Sequence record: OR844650.1 | Direction: 5' to 3' (one strand) | DNA: 64,000 nt | Shown here: piece by piece, positions 57,992 through 64,000 of the stretch | How the letters are laid out: every line of letters begins with the position of its first letter | Numbering within the stretch: position 1 is the stretch's first letter | Notes under the pieces: generated by a model | The model's input: the letters and a program-made list of their open reading frames with translations, nothing else | Database searches by the model: none | Told to the model about the DNA's origin: nothing | Translations under genes and position numbers: made by a program

Positions 57992-58407
57992 ATTGTCCTC
58001 ATTGTGCTGATTGCTTTTAATGTGTCAAACAATGCACCATATTTTACTTGCATTAGTTGATCACCAGCAGGAAGATTCATACGCATAACAGCCATGTCTT
58101 CAATCATTTCAGACGTACACAGTACTGCTACACAGGTAATAGCATCATTCAATCCAGCTTCATTGAATTTGGCAAACGGAACTTTTCCCTGTTTGCTAAG
58201 GTTGTTATAATAAGAATTTAACTTATCATGTCCACCAGCATTTAGTACTACAATAGTTTCGTGTTCATAGTACCATTCATCAATAATAGTACTGAAAGCA
58301 GTACCTTCATATTCTTTAATTAGTTTAACACCAGCATGGAATGCTTGAATACCAGCTTGGACACCTTGGCAGTACATATTAGTTAAGCAATACAATTTCA
58401 TTTCCAT
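57988..58407 (-). CDS. PTH2-fold (peptidyl-tRNA hydrolase-like) protein
   Basis: GIQAFHA, TIVVLN, F.E..LNDAITCVAV. Confidence 0.5.
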   Translation of the reverse strand: MEMKLYCLTNMYCQGVQAGIQAFHAGVKLIKEYEGTAFSTIIDEWYYEHETIVVLNAGGHDKLNSYYNNLSKQGKVPFAKFNEAGLNDAITCVAVLCTSEMIEDMAVMRMNLPAGDQLMQVKYGALFDTLKAISTMRTI

Positions 58408-58625
58408 ACCTCTTGTTTTTCTACGTAGCCTTTCCCATCACAGTGTGGACAAGCATAAAAGCTGCGGTAATCTTCTGACGGTACTTGTTGTGTTCCATTA
58501 CATGTAGGACATACTTTACGTGCACCAGAAATAATACGTTCATGGTGTTCAGCTTGTTTAGCTGAATCAAAAATACGACCATCTTCAGTTTGGTATTTTT
58601 CTACCATAACTTGAATTACTTTCAT
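58398..58625 (-). CDS. DnaJ-type zinc-finger small protein
   Basis: CPTCNGT and CPHCDGKG. Confidence 0.7.
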   Translation of the reverse strand: MKVIQVMVEKYQTEDGRIFDSAKQAEHHERIISGARKVCPTCNGTQQVPSEDYRSFYACPHCDGKGYVEKQEVWK

Positions 58626-58635
58626 TTCTATTTCC

Positions 58636-58905
58636 TTATAAAAATGTTAAATCTTCAGTACTTAATTGTGATAATTTACCATCATATTCTATTTCAACAT
58701 ATACATCTTGGTCATAAACAGCAACTACACGTTTAATAACTCCAACCTTCACGACATTCTTTTTGTAGTTGAACTCAACTGAACAACCAATAAGTTTATT
58801 TGATAGAATCTCACGTATTTGATTTGCATGGTCTTTTAGGATAGAATTAATAGATTTTTTCATAATATATCTATCATTCAAATATTTTTTAACTACATCA
58901 TGCAT
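58636..58905 (-). CDS. Hypothetical protein, small family D
   Basis: LSNKLIGCSV motif. Confidence 0.6.
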   Translation of the reverse strand: MHDVVKKYLNDRYIMKKSINSILKDHANQIREILSNKLIGCSVEFNYKKNVVKVGVIKRVVAVYDQDVYVEIEYDGKLSQLSTEDLTFL

Positions 58906-58910
58906 AATTA

Positions 58911-59669
58911 TTACCTTTTGAAACGATTGAATGAGTACTCATCTTTTTCTTTACGTAAGTATCTCATCCCACCACTTTGTGGAGTAGCGAGAGTTAAGTC
59001 ACCCGTCAAGAACTGACTATCAATCCAAATGCGATTACCGTAAATGAGTGGGTCTGTAACTGCTGTATGTCCACTAAAGACACAATGCACTCCATCTAAC
59101 TTAGGTGCATAATATGTATTATTAGTTCTACAATAATCGAATGTTTTTCTATCCCACAAGCACTTATCAATTATATCAGCACTAAGTGATTTTGTCCCAT
59201 TAACAAATCGTTCCCATGTTGTATATTCCAACGGAACTCCAGCATGAACTAACCCAATCTTCAATCCTCGGTGATTGATTTGGATAATCATAGGGAGATC
59301 CTTTAAGTACTGACGAAAGAATTGAATGCCTGTTCCTCCAACTTCATCAAGGAATTTATCACCACCATTACTTATCCAACAATGATACCAATCTCGAAGT
59401 GTTTCCGAATCAACGCACATCATCTCATGATTACCCGCAATCATGTAACGATTTTCTCCGAACAAAAATTCAAAAAGGAGCTTTGAATTTTGTTCTCCAC
59501 GGTCGATAATATCACCTACACTGAAAACATAATCATTGTGTGTAATACCAAATTCTTTCACTGTAGCATCCCATAGTTTACCATTACCATGCAAATCACC
59601 TACAATGTATAAATCTTTATCATCAGGTACAGTTACTTCTAAGAAGTGTTTCATTATTACTCCAACCAT
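58911..59669 (-). CDS. Ser/Thr protein phosphatase (lambda NinI/PphA-like)
   Basis: GDLHG, VGDIIDRG, GNHE, HAG, SGHT. Confidence 0.92.
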   Translation of the reverse strand: MVGVIMKHFLEVTVPDDKDLYIVGDLHGNGKLWDATVKEFGITHNDYVFSVGDIIDRGEQNSKLLFEFLFGENRYMIAGNHEMMCVDSETLRDWYHCWISNGGDKFLDEVGGTGIQFFRQYLKDLPMIIQINHRGLKIGLVHAGVPLEYTTWERFVNGTKSLSADIIDKCLWDRKTFDYCRTNNTYYAPKLDGVHCVFSGHTAVTDPLIYGNRIWIDSQFLTGDLTLATPQSGGMRYLRKEKDEYSFNRFKR

Positions 59670-59908
59670 ATAATATTAGTGTGTTTAGTAACTTGTGTTC
59701 CAGCAAAAGAACCATCTTTAAGATAAGTATTAATTTTAAAACGCCATTCACCACCACTAATATACATATCAGTAATAATATACTTTCCATACCCTCTGGA
59801 GTTTATTAATCGTACTTCTTGACCAATATATTTTGGCTTCAGATCATTTATAAAATCATCAGCCAAAGACATAAGATATCGCAAATGTGATAAGTCAGTG
59901 TTGAACAT
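59657..59908 (-). CDS. Hypothetical protein, small family D
   Basis: LKPKYIGQEV motif. Confidence 0.55.
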   Translation of the reverse strand: MFNTDLSHLRYLMSLADDFINDLKPKYIGQEVRLINSRGYGKYIITDMYISGGEWRFKINTYLKDGSFAGTQVTKHTNIIWLE

Positions 59909-60123
59909 TATTTCTTTCTCTTATATTTGTTAATAATATCTTGGGTAAGTGAAATAAAAATATATACTAATGTTACAGGCCAAATAATAGCCATCAGTGC
60001 TGCTGTTTGGAGATTCATGATAATCATGATTTCATCTTTAAAACAACCCCAATTAAGTACTAGAAAGTTGGTTATAAATGTAACAAATGCTACAAAACCA
60101 TATATTGCAAAAAATGTTATCAT
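59908..60123 (-). CDS. Small two-TM protein
   Basis: 71 aa, WPVT motif. Confidence 0.6.
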   Translation of the reverse strand: MITFFAIYGFVAFVTFITNFLVLNWGCFKDEIMIIMNLQTAALMAIIWPVTLVYIFISLTQDIINKYKRKK

Positions 60124-60125
60124 AA

Positions 60126-60455
60126 TTATTCCTCATCATCCACTAAAACAAGATAATCCAAACTTAACTCGGTATCTATGTAACAATCACAATTCAAGTA
60201 CTCAATTTCAGCACCTATAGTTCTCCCATTCTTAAATATCTCAATGATTTTCATTCTAGTATTGGGATTAATGTGTTCAATGTCGTATTCGTATTCAGGG
60301 TCAATATACTCACTTGTCATACGTTTGATGTATTGTTCCGAATATCGTACAGTTTTACCTATAAGATCATTACTCAACGTCTGATAAAAATCATCTTGAA
60401 TTTTGAATAATGACCTATAAAAAATATTATGTTGAATTAGTGGTTTCATTGACAT
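60126..60455 (-). CDS. Hypothetical protein, small family D
   Basis: LSNDLIGKTV motif. Confidence 0.55.
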   Translation of the reverse strand: MSMKPLIQHNIFYRSLFKIQDDFYQTLSNDLIGKTVRYSEQYIKRMTSEYIDPEYEYDIEHINPNTRMKIIEIFKNGRTIGAEIEYLNCDCYIDTELSLDYLVLVDDEE

Positions 60456-61084
60456 TAATCACAACTTCCAGACGATGAACTTGAATCAGAACTAGAGCTA
60501 TCATAGGAACAAGAATCAGAGGAAGAACTGCTGTGACGGCTATAATCACTGTAATCATCATTGTTGTAGATTGGTGATGTTACGATTGCTGCTGCGGTCG
60601 CTGCCGTTGCAATTTGTGCAGTATGGTCATGAACACCTAGTTGTGGTTCATCCTTAGATTTACCTTTGTTCTTACCTTTAGTGTAACGAGCTTTCTTTGC
60701 AGTTTTAGTATTTTTCTGTACTTTAGGAGCTTTTGGTTTCACATCTTCAACGACTGGAACTACATTCACTACAACTTTAGGATCAGTTTCTTCAAGTGTA
60801 TTATACACTTTAACTTGCATTTGAACTTCAACTTCTTTAACTTCTTCTTTAACTTCTGGAATAACTGTTTCTGGTGCTGGAGTGATTTTATCAAGTTCTT
60901 TAGTAATAAAGAAGCTTGTATTTTTCTCACCTAGCATAACAAGAAGACCAATGGCAATCACTGGACTTAGTACTGTACCAAGTACTACATAACCTAGAAC
61001 ACTTCGGTTATAGTTATATGCAAGCATACCAGAAATAATAATACCGATTACATATGCACTGCTAAGAATAATTGGGGTTAACAT
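60455..61084 (-). CDS. Membrane protein with Lys-rich linker and Ser/Asp-rich tail
   Basis: Two N-terminal TMs; ends SSSSSDSCSYDSSSSDSSSSSGSCD. Confidence 0.7.
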   Translation of the reverse strand: MLTPIILSSAYVIGIIISGMLAYNYNRSVLGYVVLGTVLSPVIAIGLLVMLGEKNTSFFITKELDKITPAPETVIPEVKEEVKEVEVQMQVKVYNTLEETDPKVVVNVVPVVEDVKPKAPKVQKNTKTAKKARYTKGKNKGKSKDEPQLGVHDHTAQIATAATAAAIVTSPIYNNDDYSDYSRHSSSSSDSCSYDSSSSDSSSSSGSCD

Positions 61085-61388
61085 ATTCTACTCCTTTGTA
61101 TATAAATTTACTAACTTCTTCGATGTATAAAGACAACCCTGAACGTTCATTTAGAACTAACCAAGCACCAAAACCACATCGAATCTCGGATATATGAAAC
61201 TCTTCTACACTATAAATTGAATACGCGTTAAATGGACATATTTCATCAGATATACTTACCACATAGTTATTATTAATTGAATCTAACACCTGGGTATTGT
61301 ATAAATTATTAGTACTGAAAATCTGCATTAACGAGCTAGAAAGCATCTCGGTTGTCTTTTCTAATATTGTTAAAAACGAACCATTCAC
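61062..61388 (-). CDS. Hypothetical protein
   Basis: 108 aa with GGAG SD. Confidence 0.55.
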   Translation of the reverse strand: MNGSFLTILEKTTEMLSSSLMQIFSTNNLYNTQVLDSINNNYVVSISDEICPFNAYSIYSVEEFHISEIRCGFGAWLVLNERSGLSLYIEEVSKFIYKGVEYVNPNYS

Positions 61389-61445
61389 TTCAACTTCTCC
61401 CTATTGGTGATGTAATCAAATTATATCACCGAATTCTGATACGTC

Positions 61446-61751
61446 TCATGATATTCGCATTTCATCTATATATAATGAACATGATTCAGAATTATCGTCT
61501 AAACTTAAACCTAAATCGACCATCAAACCGCAATGCGTTCCCCAGAATTTCTTTATGTATAGTTTTTTGCTACTATTACCTAAATCATAAACATATTCAT
61601 TTTTAAATATACTTTTTAATTCTTCACATATACATTTTATTATCTTCATTAATTGATTATGATATTCGTATGGTATTCCATCAAGTTCGTTAATTATTAA
61701 TGCAAAACCATTATCATAGTACTTAAGTTTATTGAATGTTTGTATATCCAT
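61446..61751 (-). CDS. Hypothetical protein
   Basis: 101-aa tiling ORF. Confidence 0.55.
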   Translation of the reverse strand: MDIQTFNKLKYYDNGFALIINELDGIPYEYHNQLMKIIKCICEELKSIFKNEYVYDLGNSSKKLYIKKFWGTHCGLMVDLGLSLDDNSESCSLYIDEMRIS

Positions 61752-62048
61752 TTAATATATAATCTCACTAGCTTCTATTGTGTAGACACCATCATCAGTC
61801 ATTAATCTTACTGCAACTTTAATATTACTAGACATTCGTGTAACTATCAATCCAATAATTATACCATTCTTTAAAGTACCATTATGGTATCTAACTTTTA
61901 CTTCAGTTTTATTATCAATTAAGTATCTTCTAATTATGTGTATTTCATTTCTGAATAATTCTAAAAAAGCTTCACTATTTTCTTTATCTGACCCGTCTGA
62001 ACACCAGTACAATAAATTTACTTGTTCAAATAATTTTTTTATATTCAT
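61752..62048 (-). CDS. Hypothetical protein, possibly family D
   Basis: 98-aa tiling ORF. Confidence 0.55.
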   Translation of the reverse strand: MNIKKLFEQVNLLYWCSDGSDKENSEAFLELFRNEIHIIRRYLIDNKTEVKVRYHNGTLKNGIIIGLIVTRMSSNIKVAVRLMTDDGVYTIEASEIIY

Positions 62049-62404
62049 AAAAATCTCACAGATTTAATATTACTGGTTACATGATTTACCCAAGTGTTAT
62101 CGAACTTGTAAACAATTGTATTAAGTGATTTATGAAAATTAACCTCGCACACTAATGCCTTGGAACCATTGATTGTACAGACCGTGGATGGTAAGTTGTT
62201 TGCTAATATCTCTTTTTCATCTAAACATAGTGAACTAATACAATCATAATAGAGAGGTTCAAGAACTTTTTCAGTACTGAGAAAGTCAAAAGAAAGATCA
62301 TCTATTAGTTTTATGTAATCGAATAAATTATGATAATATTCATTCATTGTAGATCCTTTTAAATTTAGCATTATTAGAATATGTATATGAATGACCAAAA
62401 TCAT
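62045..62404 (-). CDS. Hypothetical protein
   Basis: Likely start at MNEYY (AAGGA SD). Confidence 0.55.
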   Translation of the reverse strand: MILVIHIHILIMLNLKGSTMNEYYHNLFDYIKLIDDLSFDFLSTEKVLEPLYYDCISSLCLDEKEILANNLPSTVCTINGSKALVCEVNFHKSLNTIVYKFDNTWVNHVTSNIKSVRFL

Positions 62405-62594
62405 TTACACCATGTACATTTAGTACACCGTCACTGAAATAAATTCGATCAATCGTGAGTTCACGTTTATAATCCCAATCATCATACCAGCACAGAACAC
62501 GAATGCCTTTGTACTTTGTAGTTAAATCATTTTCTAATATAGTCAAGTAATCAATATGACTTTTGAATATCTCTAAGTCCTGCTCAAACATCAT
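62340..62594 (-). CDS. Hypothetical protein, small family D
   Basis: LTTKYKGIRV motif. Confidence 0.55.
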   Translation of the reverse strand: MMFEQDLEIFKSHIDYLTILENDLTTKYKGIRVLCWYDDWDYKRELTIDRIYFSDGVLNVHGVNDFGHSYTYSNNAKFKRIYNE

Positions 62595-62851
62595 TGTTCC
62601 TCGTATAATTCTATATCATCAACTCCAACTTGGCGAATTGCAGTACTTCTGATGAATGTATTTTTTTCAAACAAACATACTGTTAAACGTATTTCACACT
62701 TCAATGCACTGTAATAAATCATATCAATAACACCATATGTTTCATACATTTCTACGTATACATTTCGACCTAAGTACTTTTCTTCTAAATCAGTAATTAG
62801 ACTATTGATAAGATTACCTATCTGTGTTATATCTGTGTGAAATTTATCCAT
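62591..62851 (-). CDS. Hypothetical protein, small family D
   Basis: LEEKYLGRNV motif; GAGG SD. Confidence 0.6.
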   Translation of the reverse strand: MDKFHTDITQIGNLINSLITDLEEKYLGRNVYVEMYETYGVIDMIYYSALKCEIRLTVCLFEKNTFIRSTAIRQVGVDDIELYEEQ

Positions 62852-63040
62852 TATAATAAACCTCTCACATAAAACATTGATGAAAATAGATAATCATCAG
62901 TACTGGAATTTAGTAGTTTATCAAAACTATAATTTTTATGCTTATTTTCATACAAAGACAATCTATAGTATCGTTCTATATTTTCTAAGTAGTCTTTTTG
63001 TAATAACATCTGTGTTGTTACATTCACTATAATGTACCTT

Positions 63041-63074
63041 AAAAGAAAAAGGGACCAATATATGATCCCTTTTG
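63041..63074 (-). terminator. Intrinsic terminator after pseT
   Basis: AAAAGGGA/TCCCTTTT stem followed by a T-run. Confidence 0.7.
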
Positions 63075-63076
63075 TA

Positions 63077-64000
63077 TTAGAAATTTCCTTCAGCCACTTG
63101 GAAAACTTTCAACCCAAGTAGCTTACGCCACATGAATACAACTTGATCGCGGTCATCATATACCTTTTTAACATCGTAATGATCAACCACATTTTTCATG
63201 TACAGGTCGAATTTTACAACATCATCAGGACGTTTATCATCGATATCTCGCATAAACAATGCATCGTAAGGAACACCCCAATTCTTAAGCCACTGTTCGG
63301 TATCAGCACGACACCCTTCAGTACGCCCACTCATGACGATAATCTTGCGTTTATGAAAAACTGCTTCAGCGATAATAGACAAAATAACTTCTTCATCAGG
63401 TGTATCCTGAAGAACAGTACTTTCATCGTAAGGATTACGACCCCATTTATGAGCAAGAGTTCCATCGATATCAACGATGATAGCAGCTTCGCGTGAATTA
63501 CCATAGTAACCAATGTGTAATGCCTTACTATAATAGTACGTATCTGCCATTGTGTCAATGATATCATCTTGTACTGAACGCTCACGCTGGAGGTTATATT
63601 TCTTACAAAGTTTTACGAACTCTTTAATCTTAAAGAATTCATGAACATCTGCACCACGGTCTTCATTAGGTACAAAATCATCATAGAAGTTCTTTTCTTT
63701 GTAATCATAACCATTATCTTTAGCCCATACTTTCCAGAGATTACGGAAATGTTGTTTAAGGTTTGTATCGGATATGATGATGTTCCAACCATTCTCTGCT
63801 GCTGAATTTGCTGCACTGAACTGTAAATTAGTTACGTGCTGCTCATTAGCATCGTTGAATTTGTAAGCATCATGTGACCCAGCCATAGATTCACGAATAT
63901 CATCACGGTTGATGTTGATAGTCTTGGATTTGGCATTTTTAATTTCTTGAACTGCCCATGTGGTTTTACCACACCCAGGTAATCCAACTGTTAGTGTAAT
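63077..64000 (-). CDS. pseT: Polynucleotide 5'-kinase/3'-phosphatase (T4 PseT-like), 5' end beyond the window
   Basis: The frame stays open to 64000: P-loop GLPGCGKTT, NRDDIR, SDTNL; HAD motif DIDGT, SGR, DDRDQV..FQVAEGNF. Confidence 0.93.
   Translation of the reverse strand: MTLTVGLPGCGKTTWAVQEIKNAKSKTININRDDIRESMAGSHDAYKFNDANEQHVTNLQFSAANSAAENGWNIIISDTNLKQHFRNLWKVWAKDNGYDYKEKNFYDDFVPNEDRGADVHEFFKIKEFVKLCKKYNLQRERSVQDDIIDTMADTYYYSKALHIGYYGNSREAAIIVDIDGTLAHKWGRNPYDESTVLQDTPDEEVILSIIAEAVFHKRKIIVMSGRTEGCRADTEQWLKNWGVPYDALFMRDIDDKRPDDVVKFDLYMKNVVDHYDVKKVYDDRDQVVFMWRKLLGLKVFQVAEGNF

Noticed and set aside
60455-60560. Ser-rich stretch as a tandem DNA repeat
   Set aside because: Codons are mixed; it is protein-level low complexity of a kind common in phage membrane proteins.

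Overview
AT-rich (about one third GC, estimated by eye), densely packed 64-kb segment of a lytic jumbo myovirus with T4-like core genes. Nearly all genes are on the minus strand; I find one credible plus-strand gene. Gene content and order best fit the RaK2/GAP32/121Q/PBECO4-type enterobacterial jumbo phages (inference, no database search run). The left end is a tail/neck module: gp4-like nuclease, three tube-fold paralogs, 887-aa sheath, dNMP kinase, gp13-like neck. A long accessory region follows with macro domain, glutaredoxin, two Nudix, CCA enzyme, HPF, LysM-lysozyme, 2H phosphoesterase, Dps-like protein, HNH, spanins, an ACP-like protein, a Pol-beta nucleotidyltransferase, three related virion-type proteins, NrdD/NrdG, PhoH, Sir2, HslV-like and ClpP proteases, dCMP deaminase, DNA ligase, phosphatases and a truncated PseT. 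I saw no tRNA, rRNA or CRISPR array. The main unexplained signals are: (1) about 155 copies (hand count) of the palindrome AGTACT, often CAGTACTG, in all reading frames versus about 22 expected; (2) a roughly 510-nt, ORF-poor, hairpin-rich unit with its own promoter and terminator (22120-22640) beside an origin-like hairpin; (3) a recurring GGACA-N16/17-TATAAT promoter class; (4) candidate counter-defence proteins. Several single-base frameshifts suggest assembly errors or recent decay.
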